Positions 1-12,912 of a DNA stretch of 64,000 bases are shown piece by piece; position 1 is the first letter of the stretch; the number at the start of each line of letters is the position of its first letter. A program made the position numbers and the translations under genes. Source of the stretch: Daphnia carinata (Eukaryota); contig NC_081333.1 of NCBI RefSeq assembly GCF_022539665.2, forward strand, positions 4,960,001 to 5,024,000, read 5' to 3'. The notes beneath the pieces are model-generated. The model saw only the letters and a list, made by a program, of their open reading frames with translations. It was not told the DNA's origin and searched no databases.

Positions 1-606
1 CTGATGTTTTGAAGGGGAGACTCTCAGGTGGAAGCACGGCGGCGCTTGTCTTTTCGGGTGATGGAGTGGGATCGCTCCAGTTGAGCACAGATTGCCTATT
101 CGTCTGTTCCAAAAGTTTGATGCGGTCAAACATACTTTCCATTGCCACTGTGTGTTCTTCAGGCAATGCTTTTTGCTCACGCTCGTAGCGGCGTCATCGT
201 TCAAGCTTCATGGTCTCTTGACGTCGCTGGTTTGTCTGCCACTCGTTGCTCAACTGCTGGATCTTTGCTTGGGCTTCGGCTAGCTCGCGGGTTTGAGCTA
301 AGACGCTCTGCTGTGATTGTTTTAGAGTTTCTTCAAGCTGCCAGCGTTCCTCTCGTTCTTCTAGCAGACGCAAAAGTAGTTCAATTTGGGATTGAGTAGA
401 AACCTGTGAGACGGAGGAGACGGCGTCATCGTCTGCGCGGTGCTGCTCGTATGGCGTTACAACTGCTTTGGCGGCTAAATCGGCCTCTGCTGGAGTGATA
501 ACGTTCACTTGTGTTATTCCAGTATGGTGTCGTAGGCTTTGAGATTTGGAGCTAAAGGATTGAACAAATGAAGCTCGATGTTCGAGATATTCTTCGATTC
601 TTGTCA
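1..606 (-). pseudogene. Fragment of a coiled-coil coding sequence, possibly a retrotransposon gag N-terminus; interrupted at ~607
   Basis: GC-richer coding-like stretch on the minus strand (…LLRLLEEREERWQLEETLKQSQQ…), frameshifted near 195. Composition changes abruptly at ~607. No diagnostic motif seen. Confidence 0.3.
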
Positions 607-607
607 C

Positions 608-800
608 CCCACACAGCACACTGCTGCCCTTTAGACAACCATTTTCGGTCCTCACTGGACCACTAGGACGTACATAAGACGCGTTGAAATTCTTAGATGA
701 CGTGTTTTGGCTGCCTTCTGTACATTTAGATGTCCGGCAGTAACGTTGCCCGTGTGCGTCTTTAACCAGTCGTCCACAACGAGTTTAGGCGGTGAGCTGG
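608..800. mobile_element. Probable terminus of a DNA transposon (CCC-N4-AGC start, GACG-rich subterminal tract; EnSpm/CMC-like)
   Basis: Starts CCCACACAGCACAC exactly where the upstream ORF loses coding character. Same style as the element start at 23380 (CCCTACTAGC). The other end was not found. Confidence 0.35.
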
Positions 801-840
801 ACCACTTTTGGACCGCTTAATGATATCATTTTAAAAGTTT

Positions 841-903
841 TGTCTGTGGCTGGTATCGAACTCGGGTCTCCCGCATCACTGTCGGACGCTCTTTCCACTA
901 GAC
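841..903 (-). other. tRNA-derived (Pol III A/B-box-like) segment
   Basis: Reverse complement reads GTCTAGTGGAAAGAGC…GGGAGACCCGAGTTCGATACC (D-loop-like and T-loop-like motifs). Similar to 5171-5228. No complete acceptor stem. Confidence 0.5.
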
Positions 904-2720
904 ATACTTATAAATGTCACAATTTTCAAGCAATACAATAGAAACATAGAAAAATGCTTAAGTTTTTTTCGACAACAGGCCACAAAAAAAATTTTAAACA
1001 TAAAGTTAAAATCGAAATTAAGTTAGACCCTCGATCCTTCAAAAGTAATTTTTTTAGATTTTGAAACTTAATTATGATTTGTAAATATTTTATGAAAATG
1101 AATTATTTGAGATAATAGTTCTACCATAACTAATGCTTGTTTTGAGCATATTTTATGCTAAATAAAATATATTTTTCTAACTCCCGTATTTCATGGAATT
1201 TACATATCAATTTACTTACTATTTTAGTTGTAAAGAATAAAATTTGAACATTCTACGTTTGAATTTCATGTATGTCAAAACTGGCAACACAGGATTTGGC
1301 CAAATGTGGGACTAAAGAAGTCAGAAAAAGATGTGACTTTCCTGGACAACATCAGCAACAGCATAATGAAATTTTGAAAACTAAAGTTCTCATTACCGAC
1401 AAGGATTGCCGCGAATTGGCATCTGTTCAATAGCTCTTCCCATCCGCAACCAGTCTTTTGTGCCATTTCCACGTATTATGTGCAGTGGATAAACGTGTGG
1501 AAAAAGCACATCTATTGCTGGACCAAAGGGAGGAGATATACGAATCATTCAGAGCCGCAGTGCATTTGCATTCTGAAATGGACCTAATACACAAATCGTA
1601 TAAGCTCTGCAATATCGGTAAGAAAAATTATAAATGTTACTTAAATATTTTATGCTAATTCTTGAAAATACTTCAATAGAACACGACGGGCTCGGTGATT
1701 ATTTTGCCACTTACTGGTTTAAAACACCAGAGCTGTGGGCGATGTGCTACCGCCTTTCGGTCTTCGGTATGGGAAATAATACTACGAATCGCCTTGAAAG
1801 GTATTACCCTTTTCTAAATAATTACAATATTCTTCCTGTAAAAAGAAACATTAAAAATTTTTTTTTGGGAACAGATTCCATTCCACAATAAAAAGACCTA
1901 CCTAACTTACAACATCAACAAGTTATGTTCCCGGAACTCATACAAATTCTTCTAGACATACTTCTGCTCCGCCTTGATGACCGGAATAAAAGAACGTTGA
2001 CGTGTAGCATCAAGTTCGCTACGAAAAAGCCGCATCCCATCCTATGCAGAGTGTTTGACATATTCACGCCTTATGCAGCTAAACTTGTTGAAGAGGAACT
2101 CTATTTTCCAAAGACATCCTACACTGCATACAAGGTATTGTGAAAAAAAGATAAATTTTTATTAAACGTTACCTCAAAGTTAATTACAGGAACATTCGGC
2201 GTACAAATTACATCATGCTCCAATACGTATGAAGTTTCCGAGACACTCAACGAGTGCAACTGCACCTTCTCAACGTGGTGTGGTTAACCCTGTCGTCACA
2301 TTCTTTTCGTTACTCTGCAAGACAAAAAAGAACTACCTGTGCAAGCATACAATCAACGCTGGCTCTAAGAAGCAACCGAAGCGCTAAAATTATTTCGAAT
2401 GGAGTCATCGTCAACTTTATCAATATAACAATTACTTATCTTATAGGAAGATTATCCTGAAAACACTTCATCTGAAAACTTTAGTTCTCCGATGATTTCC
2501 AGGAGACATTTCAATAAAACGTCATACACCAGAGAAGCAATGTTTTCCGAAGCGAACTTACTGGCACGTTCGCTCGCAAATACAATGCAAGATTTGCCTT
2601 TGCCTGTGTTTAAGGGATATCTTCGCTTAATGCAACAGCTTCACGAAGCAATAAGAAGCCATAAATTCGTCACTATAGTTGAAGGCAAACGTTAACTAGT
2701 GTAATTTTATAACTTAAACT

Positions 2721-3543
2721 GATTTGCGGTGAAATAGGACTGAAACGAAATAGGATTGGAGAAATAGGACTGAAAATTTCCAGTCCTATTTCTACCGGAG
2801 AAATAGGACTGGGAGAAATAGGACTGACTTTTAAAAACTTTTAGGGCAGTCCTATTTTTCCTCGGCATTAGCCCTATTTCTCCTTAGAAATAGTCCTATT
2901 TCATTTACTTTTTTCCAGTAGGAACGATGAGCCTCCAAACCGGTACAGTAGCGTCGGTTTATATCCATTTCCCTTTTTGAAAAACCGATGGCGTTAATTC
3001 ACACTTAAATGGTTCACAAAACATTTATCTTTTATCCTATTTTAATTTAAATTGCTGGGGAACATGAATTATGTTGAATCTAATAGAGTTCGTTTAATAA
3101 AATACTATTAGAGCAAAATCAGAATATGTAAGAATAGCTGTATATAATGTAAAGATAGTTGTATAAAATAGTAAAACATTAGTGCAATTGGAAAAGTTGG
3201 TTATGACCACATAAAGTGCAATATAAGTAATAAATATTTCTGTAGGATGTCTAATAGTATTTTGTTAAATGAACTCTATTAAATACAATATAGTTGTTGA
3301 GAAATACAAAGTGGCGCTCCATGTCACCATGCGCACCATGTCATCAATGTACCCCTACTTATCATCTGAATTTTCCTGTAAAGCTCAATCAGACAATAAA
3401 ATGAGTGATCTCAAAGCTTCCTTTCCATCAATAGTTCATGTTCTCCTGCAATTAATATTAAAATAGGATAAGAAAAAAAAGTTTGTGAATCATTTAACTA
3501 ATGGGTGAAACTGGAAATTTTCAGTCCTATTTCACCGGCTACC
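2721..3543. mobile_element. Non-autonomous Mutator-like element (GAAATAGGAC subterminal repeats) inserted in an intron of the MULE transposase
   Basis: Ends GATTTGCGGTGAAATAGGACTG… and …CAGTCCTATTTCACCGGCTACC. 8-bp direct repeat CTTAAACT at 2713-2720 and 3544-3551. Termini match the element at 22142-26603. Confidence 0.85.
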
Positions 3544-3741
3544 CTTAAACTTAAACCATTAAATTAAGTGTACTATTTCATTTCAGATGATCAGCCTATT
3601 CCAGAATTTTTGCCTATGATAAACTAAGATCCTAAAATGCTCCAACAAATTGCGTTAATAGTTTATTCGACGGATTCACTATTACAGGAAGTCATTACCG
3701 AAATGGAAGATGGTGATTTCTTCCGCAAATTCATGGACAAT

Positions 3742-3862
3742 CCTGCGTCTGCTGAAACTCCTGCGTCTGCTGAAATTCCCGCTTATGCTGAAATTCCCGC
3801 GTCTTCTTAAACTCCTGCATCTGCTGAAACTCCTGTGACTGCTGAAATTCCTGCTACTGCTC
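3742..3862 (+). repeat. 18-bp coding minisatellite (PASAET-like repeats) inside the MULE transposase
   Basis: About 6-7 copies of CCTGCGTCTGCTGAAA(C/T)T. Confidence 0.85.
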
Positions 3863-4911
3863 ATGTGGCACTAGATCCAGCTCCAGTTGACCTTGTAGCA
3901 ACCGATCAAGCGAAAAAGCGAAAAATCAGAGATGTTGAGTTGGCTGAACTCAAGCTGCAAAACTTCAAGCCAAAAACAGGGCGACCAAGGAAAACAAAGA
4001 GACTCGATAACTATAAAATTACACCTGCCAGATTCACCATCAAATCAGCAACTGAGAAATCTAGAGGTAAGACATGTTATAAGTATTTTTCTATAAAAAA
4101 TAGTTTAACATACCTTTGAACCGAAACAGTGTTTTTGACATGGGTTATTGGAAGCGAGAAGGCTGCTGAAATTCTTCGACTAGTGGAAGAACATGACATC
4201 AACCCTATGCCTGACATGGTTATCAACGCACTCACAGAAGAGGACGTAGTAGTAGAACTTCCAAAATTTCAGAAATTATTTACGGAGGAAACCTGGATAG
4301 CCACAATAAGCTTGAGTAAGTTAGCAGTGAAACATGTTAATTTTTACAACAAAAATAATCTTTAATATAATACTTCCTTACAGTAGATTTTAAGAAAAAA
4401 CATCCCATATGGGGTGACTGTAAGAAGAATATTAATAAAACCACACCCAATGTCGTGCTCTGTGACAGTTGCCTGGAATGGTGTCACTGGGCTTGTAAAT
4501 ATTAAAAAACAATCTGACTTGGCCAAATATTTCAAGTGTTCCACATGTGGTGCCTTGTTTACACTGTGACTCTGTTTTGCATATTTGCCATATTTGAAAG
4601 AAAACTGTTATGACTGAATATGTTAAGCATAAATATTTACCGTGCGACTAAAGCGTCTGCTGTATTATTGATACATCATAAACATCGTTGTGACTTCGTT
4701 AAAATAGGTGGAATTGTATTGCAGTCCCAATCTAGTTAATTTTTCTTTAGTATTTAGAAATAGGCAAATTATACATTACATAAAAAAAGTTAAGCGAAAC
4801 TATGGCAGAAAAAACATATATATACAGATGCACACAAAATAACCATTTAATTTTATAACTCTTCAAGGAGTTACAAAATTATATTACAATTATTATTATG
4901 TCAATATATAT

Positions 4912-5825
4912 TGTTGAAATTAACGAATTAGACGTTAGAACAACTAGTATAGCGTGGTGAAGCTTTTATTATAACCAGAGTCATAGAAACCTGGTTGCTC
5001 TACGCGTTAATGCTACAAGGGTTTGTGGTGACTTGTGGTCCCAATTTGACCGATTTTATGGGTGGAGCTGGCAGCGACAAAGAGCCATCTGTTGACTAGA
5101 ATTAGAGATATCCTGACATCCAAAAAGAAAACCATAAGAAAACGACGTATAACTTAAGCTGAAAGGCCTTGTGGAAAGCACCTCCGGTTGCAGTGCGGGA
5201 GACCGGTGTTCGAATCTAGCCGTTGCATTTTCTTTTTTCCATTTCCTAACGTATGCTGGCCACGCGCTGCGCTAGGTTCCACTTTCTACTGTTTTTCACT
5301 CATTGCAATTCTGTATTAAAATTTTATATTACGTAATTTTATATTAGTATTAAATCTATTAAGCCTCTCTGACAATTAACTTATTTGCGCAAGAAGTATT
5401 GCGCGCTGACAGGCCGTTATTGTAGTAGGCCATGCTTGAAAGACACGCTTGACTTGGCCATCCGACTACTCTAAGTACAAACCGCTGGAGTAAAGTACTA
5501 AGTACTTCCCCCTCGTTTGGCGGGTCTGCTATGATTGGCTGTCGACATTTTGGCAGGACATAGCCCATTGATTGGGGACATGTAGTACTCCACCGAAACC
5601 GCTAGGTTCGCTATTTAACTGCCAGAATTGGACCACAAGTCACCACAAACCCTTGTAGCATTTACACACAGCGTAGGTCAACCAGGTTTCTATGACTCTG
5701 TTATAACTGATCATAGAGACGGAAGACAGTCACACTATATACCCGACTACCATGCAGACGACAGTCTAAAAGGGTAGAGTAAGGGCGTCATTTAAAGGAA
5801 GACTCTGCCTGCCTGTTTTTCAACA
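4912..5825 (-). repeat. Copia 3' LTR (~180 bp), split by a MITE
   Basis: TGTTGA at 4912 and TCAACA ending at 5825. Adjacent purine tract on the minus strand (TTGAGTGGG, 5826-5834). Minus-strand TATA-like (~5736) and AATAAA (~4966) motifs lie on either side of the MITE. Confidence 0.75.
4976..5700. mobile_element. MITE with ~70-bp TIRs, P-element-like (CANRG terminus, 7-bp TSD)
   Basis: CAGAGTCATAGAAACCTGGTTG…GGGTTTGTGGTGACTTGTGGTCC at the left end and its reverse complement at ~5628-5700. TTATAAC duplicated at 4969-4975 and 5701-5707. Confidence 0.9.
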
Positions 5826-8135
5826 CCCACTCAAGCATGACAACAACATTAATGTCTTCTCATAGCTTTACAAATCTTGGTCCACTAAGCGCCTTCGTAA
5901 GAATGTCAGCGAGCTGCACATCTGTGTTGATATAGGTGACGTCAACCACTTGATCTTCTTGCAAAACACGGATGAAATAAAACATCACGTCAATGTGTTT
6001 GGTTCGTTGATGGAACTCCACGTTCTTTACTAGTTTGATGGAAGACTTGTTGTCACAAACTAGAGTAGTTGGTGCAGATTGGTGTAGGCCAAAGTCCTGG
6101 AGAAGACGTCTCATCCAAACAACTTCCTTGGCGGCTCTGGCGGCTGCAACATATTCGGACTCGGTTGTAGACAAAGAGACACATTTTTGACGTTGACTTT
6201 TCCAGCTTACTGGACCTCCATTCAGTAGAAGGACAACTCCGGTCGTTGACCGCCTTTCGGCTAGGTTTGAGGCAAAATCAGCGTCAGTATAAACTAGAAG
6301 AACATTTTGGGAATCGAAATTTCCAAAAACGATTCCATGACTCATGGTCCCTTTCAGGTAGGAAAAAATGCGTTTAACTGCCTACCAATGGGCCTGGGTT
6401 GGCGAGCTAGAGAATAGTGACACCTGGCTAACAGCGAAGGCTACATCAGGTCTCGTGCACGTGATAGTAGAGATCCAACAGCTTCACGATATGGCTCCAA
6501 CAGCGTCTGATTAGTCGGCGAGTCACTCCCACGTTTTCGTGACAGGCGTGTGAAGGGATCAGCAGAAACGATGCGCATGCTGCAGTCGGAAAGGCTAAAT
6601 TTTTCCAGAAGTCGCTTAATGTAGTTTTCTTGAGAAATGTGAATTGTTTTCTTAAATCTGTTCCGAACAATCTGAATGCCAACAAAACAATCAGCAGGAC
6701 CAGATGTCATTTCAAAATGCTTGGCTAGAAAATCCACCACACTGGCAAGTATTGAAGAATGACTAATGCAAATTAAACCATCGTCGACCCAGATCGCGAT
6801 CATCGTTAAACAGTTTTCTTCTTTGAGAACATACACACACTGATCTGCACAACTTTGAACAAAACCGAAACTCGTGAGAAAACCGTGAAACATCAGGTTC
6901 CAGGCCCTTGAAGCCTGTTTAAGTCCGTATAGGCTCCAATTCAGCTTGCAGACTTTCTCTTCATGACCGTGAGAAACAAATTCCTCAGGCTGAGCCATAT
7001 ACAATTCTTCGTCTAAATCTCCATTCCAAAACGCAGTCTTGACATCGAACTGCAACATCTCAAGGTCCAAAACAGCAGCTATGGAAAGAAGAGCACGTAG
7101 TGATTCATATTTTACAACTGGTGAGAAAGTTTCGTGAAAGTCAATTCCAGGACGCTGAGTAAAACCTTTGGCGACGAGTCTGGCTTTAAACCGACGGACT
7201 TCTCCATCTCCATCCAGTTTTAACTTGTATACCATCTATTTTGAATAGCTTGTCTACCAGAAGGTAGGGTCGTCAGTGTCCAGGTTTGGTTTTAATTAAC
7301 GAATTCATCCCTTCCTTCATTGCCATTGCCCATTGGTCTGCTTGAGGAGACTTTAGAGCGTTCTTGAAATCTTTCGGCTCTTCTACGACACCCACTGCGA
7401 ATTTTGCGTAGAACTTGTTTGTTGACTCATCAATCCATCTCACAGGTGGCCTTCGTATTCTTTTCCCGAGAGAGGGCTCTTTGTTTGGTTGGTCTTAAAA
7501 TCGCCGGCCAACTCTTCAGTGTTGACCTCTTCATGGCTCAGTGTTACAATTTCTTGAGACTCCCTGGGTAGCTAGGGGGACTCTTAGCTTAGCTAGGGCT
7601 CTTCCTCCTGGGTGCTATCTGGTTTAACGGATACGTAAGGTTGAGCGGTTTGCGACAGCCTTATTTCCTTTTCGAAACAACAATTCGCCACAAGATCAAA
7701 AATGCTGCTTGACTGCTCAACTTCAACGGCTCGATCATCCAGTTCTTGAAAAACGACGTCTCTAGAAATAAAAACTTTTCGGCTTACAGGGTCCCAGGCC
7801 CTGAAAGCTTTTTGTGTTTCACAATAGCCAACATGATGACATTTTACTGCTTTTGGATCAAACTTGCCTCTTTTTTCCTTAGGAATATGTACAAATACCG
7901 TATATCCAAAAACTCTGATGTAAGAAACATTGGGCCTCACACCTTTCCATACTTCATAGGGTGTTCTTCCTTCGACCGTTTGGGTTGCCACACGGTTAAG
8001 CAAATAGACAGCACAGTAGGATGCTTCAGCCCAGAGCTCTAGCGGCAGGGAAGAAGAATGAAGCATACTTCTTGCTGATTCCAACACCGCTCTATTGAGT
8101 CTTTCTGATACTCCATTTTGTTCTGGATTATAGGG

Positions 8136-11040
8136 TGTCGGAAAATCCGACGTCCGACCCACAGTCAGGGGTCCAGGCCGGGGCAATAACAGGAGATTTG
8201 GGTGAGAACCCGGTGGACGGAGAGACGGAAGCCCCAGGCGGACAAATCCAGCCGAGTTCTGCGACTTAAAACCGACCCACCGTACGACGGACTAAGGGTT
8301 AAGCGTGGCCGGGGGTAAAGACCACCGCACCGCATGATTGAATAATGAAAGACCGGGAACCCATATTATCATATTGAAATATGTTAACGACTTTCCCATC
8401 TACATGGAACGGTCTCTAGCGACGAAAGACGGAATCGAATATTAAAAACCAGCGGCAGGAAGAAGGATGGTACCCGCAGGAAAATCCCTTCGAGCATCGG
8501 AAAGGGGAAGGTTGAAGTGTCGCAGGAAGGGGTTATCCCGCGGTCAGAAGAAAGAAGAATCAGAGGCGGCCTCTGGACCAGCGCTTAAACTTATGTTCCA
8601 TTAATTATGTTTAACTGTCAACCGTGGATTTTTGTATGGGTATATGAGGGCCACTCATTCCCGGATAATACACACATTTTTGCACCGAAGCGGCTCACTT
8701 CTCTTAATTTAAGGTAGCCCTTTTTTAGTGTTTTTTGGTGTGCCTTGTTGTGTCTTTGAGTGTCCGCCGTTGTCGCTGTCCTACTGCGGCCCCACGTTGC
8801 CGTCCGCCTCCTGCCACCCACCTGCAGCCGCGTCGCATCGAGATCTCAAGCACCCCCGGAACCTCCTCTGCTAAATCTACAAGTAATTATATTTTTTTCC
8901 TGTTCCATTTACGAATCATTTTTTCCTAGGTACGGTTCTTTTTGGCGCTGTAATGTGCCACAGCCCATAAACCTGCCCCACCTCCCGGTCGTGTTCCCCA
9001 TAAGGGACCTTCCGTCTACAATTAACGGCAACTCCCAATCGAGACGCCGCCTAAAAATACGCTGGCTCCTTACAAGGGCTAGGCCTCACCAGACCACCCG
9101 CCAAATCACAACCCTGAGTCGACAGTCTCCGACGGTGGAAGATATTCCACATTTGGTCCTTCGAACCGGAGGGGCCGACCCAGAATTTAAAAAAAAAAAC
9201 AAGCACACAACACAAAAATATATATATCCTTAATAAAAATAAAACACAAAACATTTTTTTCTCATTACAGTGTCGGATAGTCTCCTGACACAGCACCAGC
9301 ACGCCGTGTTCGCACGGTTCCGAAGTCGGGCAAGATACCTCCTGGAGACTAGCCGTCTTCGGAGGGACAAAGAGGAAATCTTGAGGAGGTACAGGCGTTG
9401 GCAAGGTCAAGGACCTCGACCCCAATATTCCTTGCACCCAGGAACTGCTTCGCTATCGCCCCGGAATCATCAACCTCCACCAAACCCCCGGCTGAACATG
9501 TACCAGAGCCGGCGACGGGGCCCCAGGAAACCCCGAAAAAATCCAAATTTTCCGCCAACACTCCCAGAAAGTGGAAGCGGATTGTGGAAGAAGAAAAGGT
9601 CAACAAGCAGCTCGCTCGGAAATTAGCGAAAACCGGGCTCTTGTCTTCATCAGACGAAGACGAAATTTTCCGCTCGCCGTATTCGGCTTAAACCTTTATA
9701 TACTTGTTGTTGAACTTCGTTAATAAAGCACATCAAAGAAAAACATTAACCCGTTTTTTTCCTCGACATGTCAGCACCGAGCCGACCCAAAAGACCGACG
9801 GCAGCTCGACCAGCAGAAACGTCGGGCTCTTCGGCAACTCTCATAATGAGCAACGATTGAGCCATGTCGAAACCGAGATACGACGGCTGAGGGAGATGAT
9901 GGTAGCCGAGGCCGCGGCATCTCATCAGATTCAGGCAAAATTAGACAAGTTAGAAGGGGAGATAGGGGAAAGAGCCCGCGGAGAGCTAGAAGCCCCGATA
10001 CAGAATCGGGTAGAATAGTTAGAAAACAAGATTCAGGGCTACCAAGAAGTAGAACAAAGGATTGAATCTCTGACAGAGTTAATTAACACTATCAATGAGC
10101 GTAGTAACGGAGCGTTAAACTCCGTGGCCGAGTTAATGGAGCAGACCGGACAAAGCTCCTCTTGGGAGGAGCATATCCCGATGATCGTGGAGACCGTCAA
10201 GGAAGAAGTTAAAAACATCATTAACCAAGCAAAGGACGAGATCAGAGATCTACGAGAAGACAGCATGTCGGTGCAGGAGAATAGCCCGATCAGGCGGTCA
10301 GAACCGCTTCGCACGTTCTCACGGGCCGAGACTATCGGGGGTTCCAGGGTCGAGCTCTCGGAAGACAGGGAGTTTATCCGCAAGAGCTATTAGGAAGCAT
10401 CGCTTTAGTGGATACCGACAAACAAAACAGGGAGCAATACTTGGACAGAGCTGAAGCCAGGTGGACAGCAATAGTCGCCCTCAACGAAAGGCTCGGGCAA
10501 GTATCCACGGTCGCAGAGAAAGCGAAGGATCGGGATTTAGAAGATAAATACCGCAAGAAAATGAGGAGACTTAGAGAAAAAATAAAAAGATCGAGGCGCA
10601 GTCGTCGGTAGTGAGAACTGCATTACCGTTGCCCACCTTTAATGGAGACATAAACGCATGGAAAGGATGAGAGTCATTTGGGCGACCTACGACCTCGATG
10701 TTAGACTAACGGAGGTCTTTTTTCAATACTTACGCCTCAGCTTGAAGGGGGAAAGCGGCGGAACTCATAACTCTCCTCCACTTCGACGATAACCAGTTTC
10801 AAGCAGCGATGGAGTCCCGTTTTGGAGACCCCGAAAAATTAAAGACCACATTACATGAATGAGCTGAGAAGCCTCATAGCAAGCCGATTAGGCGAGTCCG
10901 CCACTATCGAGCAGCTTCAAGCCATGTTCGACGGACTTACCAACACCAAACTTGCCTTAGCGAGCCTCAAGGTCGATATGGGGAGCTACGGCTCGTATAT
11001 TGCGGGCGATCTCCTGAAGGCCCTACCCCAGGAATTCAAA
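8136..11040 (+). mobile_element. 5' part of a BEL/Pao LTR retrotransposon (LTR, PBS, decayed gag), truncated
   Basis: Putative LTR TGT…ACA at 8136-9151, followed by PBS TGGTCCTTCGAACCGGA. Gag remnants have a DUF1759-like LPTFNGDINAWK motif (~10625-10665). Multiple stops and frameshifts. No pol or 3' LTR. Confidence 0.8.
9154..9170 (+). promoter_or_regulatory. Primer-binding site, tRNA-Tyr type
   Basis: TGGTCCTTCGAACCGGA is nearly complementary to the tRNA-Tyr 3' end (…CCGGCUCGAAGGACCA), typical of BEL/Pao. Confidence 0.8.
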
Positions 11041-12720
11041 CATAAAATGGGCTGACGCTTCAGACGGTTGGTTCGGAACCGACGGATAAAGACGCTTGTT
11101 TTTAAAGCGATTGATTTTCCCGCCACAAGGTCCCATTACCCCACTTCTCGAAAAAGAGGCTCCTCCATTTACTATGTCACCCATTTCAGGGATTAATGCT
11201 TGTTGTTGAGGCTGACAACCGACTAAATTATTTAAAGAAATCGATGAACCAATTGCTCCACCCATCGCGCCTTCAGACAAAGACGATGACACTCCTGTGC
11301 AATTCGGGAGGGAGGTTGATTCAGCGGACCTCTAGATCCAAAACCATCCGATCCCGATGATTTCTCTGAACCTGAACTGCCAGAATCCGAGCCAGGACCC
11401 GGTTGTCACTGAGAGCGATAAGTTAGACTTCGGGTGCGACCTGCGTACATCATTTGACGATTGCTTATCGCAGCATCGTTGCCACTGGCCGTTTCTCCAG
11501 TGTTCGATTCCAGTCGAACACCGTGCCCTGCTTGCCACTGAGCATAATCTTCTTCCCAAGAAGGACTCTGTCCACGTACTTTATTCGAAGCAGTAGCTAC
11601 CATATTAGGCTGGAAAGGGCAGGCCGCGTGTGGAGGTGAATTCGCGTCAAGCGAAACGGCAATCATTCCAGGTTCAATGCCTTCATGACGTTGACGCACC
11701 TGTTGACTGTTTAATGATGTTTGACTCACAGGTGGGGTCTGGGTCGTCCTTGTAATGAACCAGTAACATGACAGCGAGATCACCCCGTTGACGTCGTGTT
11801 CCTTCACAAAGAAGAGGATGGTCCGCTTCCGATACATTTACCTGATTTTTATGCATTACATTGCTGATTATCTTACCTATTTTTATTTACGATATTGTTG
11901 CCTTCAATCCTAGGGCAGACACGGCTGCTTCGAAGCCAAAAGTCTTATCGGTTGGAAGCCGATGGTTAGAATAAAATGGAGCACGAACTTGCTGTGCTCC
12001 TGACGCAGTGACCAATGCTTCGAAGATAGAAGTAGCAAGTGAAAGTGGCAACAAAGCATCGCCTCTTGATATAATATGCCATCTCGTAACTGTTCAGCTT
12101 TCTCACGCAATATCGACAATTCTGGATGACTTGTGAGTTGAAACAATAGAATGAATTTCTTGAACAATTTTAAAGAAAAAATATTTAATTACCTAAAGGT
12201 ATTCGTTTCAATAGTGTAACCAACTCAGATTCTTGGTGAGCCCAGCTTCACTAATGGTTTCACGGTAGCAGGTGGCCGTGTTAATGCCAATACAAACATT
12301 CCTCCCCTGAAGGCGAGATGGTAATAGCCGCAATTTTCCATCAAAACTGTGCATAAAAATGCGCATTTGGCTAGGGTTGCTGAAGCCAAACAGCTGATTT
12401 GATGACAAGCAGGATTCGTCTTCTTTTTCTTGCAATTCGTTGTGATGACAGGAGGCAACTAAACCACCAAATCGCGTGGATTGGTAATAGTTCTGTTGCA
12501 AATTGTATGATCAATTCATAAGCTTCGGCGCTATGCCCATCAGCGTGAAGTCCCTCCGCTCTTGCGAAGGGGATCAACAGTGGATTATCAAATGGCTTTA
12601 ACTCGCCAAAGACTCTATCGTTCCGGTTAGGAACGGTAACAACGCAAGGCTCAGGTGGCACGGCACCTTGAGCTGCTGGTAAGGCCATTGTTCTAGATTC
12701 CCGAGGACTGGCAGACAAAC
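11035..12720 (-). pseudogene. ZSWIM8: Internal fragment of ZSWIM8 (Dora/EBAX-1 cullin-RING substrate adaptor), intron-containing and disabled
   Basis: Recognisable conserved blocks in the correct order: FARAEGLHADGHSAEA; AKCAFLCTVL…HLAFRGGMFVLALTRPPA; LREKAEQLRDG; FGFEAAVSALG; VSEADHPLLCEGTRRQRGDLAVMLLVHYKDD; PSVPNQPSEASAHFMFE. Frameshifts and stops. Both ends missing. Confidence 0.88.
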
Positions 12721-12810
12721 GCTGTGAACCCGAATGGTCGAGTCGGCTCGCGGAGACCATGAACATAAGTGTTATTTTTGTTACATAAATTGGAGCCTGT
12801 GCTTTTGTAG

Positions 12811-12912
12811 GCTTTCCTTTGCGGCCACCGTGCGTGTGACAGCTGTTCGCAAACGCTACGCACTTGTGATATATGCCAAAACTTGGTCGCACGTAAAATT
12901 AATCTGTACTGT
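12811..12912 (+). pseudogene. mib2: Orphan last exon of a mind bomb 2 paralogue (terminal RING)
   Basis: …TTTTGTAG|GCTTTCCTTTGCGGCCAC… encodes AFLCGHRACDSCSQTLRTCDICQNLVARKINLY. Closely matches 63879-63979, including the flanking intron and 3' sequence. Confidence 0.85.

Larger units (their letters stand above)
1275..4560 (+). pseudogene. Degenerate intron-containing MULE/Mutator transposase with SWIM zinc finger and probable C-terminal PHD finger
   Basis: Motifs TDKD (~1395), LCHFH (CxxH, ~1460), NNTTNRLE (catalytic E, ~1775-1800), SWIM ECNC…PCRH (~2250-2280) and C-terminal …FKCSTC (~4530-4548). Short GT-AG introns. Stops and frameshifts present. Confidence 0.8.
4912..8135 (-). mobile_element. 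3' half of a Ty1/copia LTR retrotransposon (IN-RT-RNaseH-PPT-3'LTR), decayed
   Basis: IN core PYNPEQNGVSER (7593-8135). RT motifs KARLVAKGF, QFDVKTAF, SLYGLKQA, WVDD (6441-7235). RNase H motifs YTDADFA, TESEY, KHIDV, QLADILTK (5860-6345). Copia domain order. Cut within IN at 8136. Confidence 0.95.

Noticed and set aside
841..903. Functional tRNA genes at 841-903, 5171-5228 and 54326-54403
   Set aside because: No complete cloverleaf or acceptor stem; reported only as tRNA-derived boxes.
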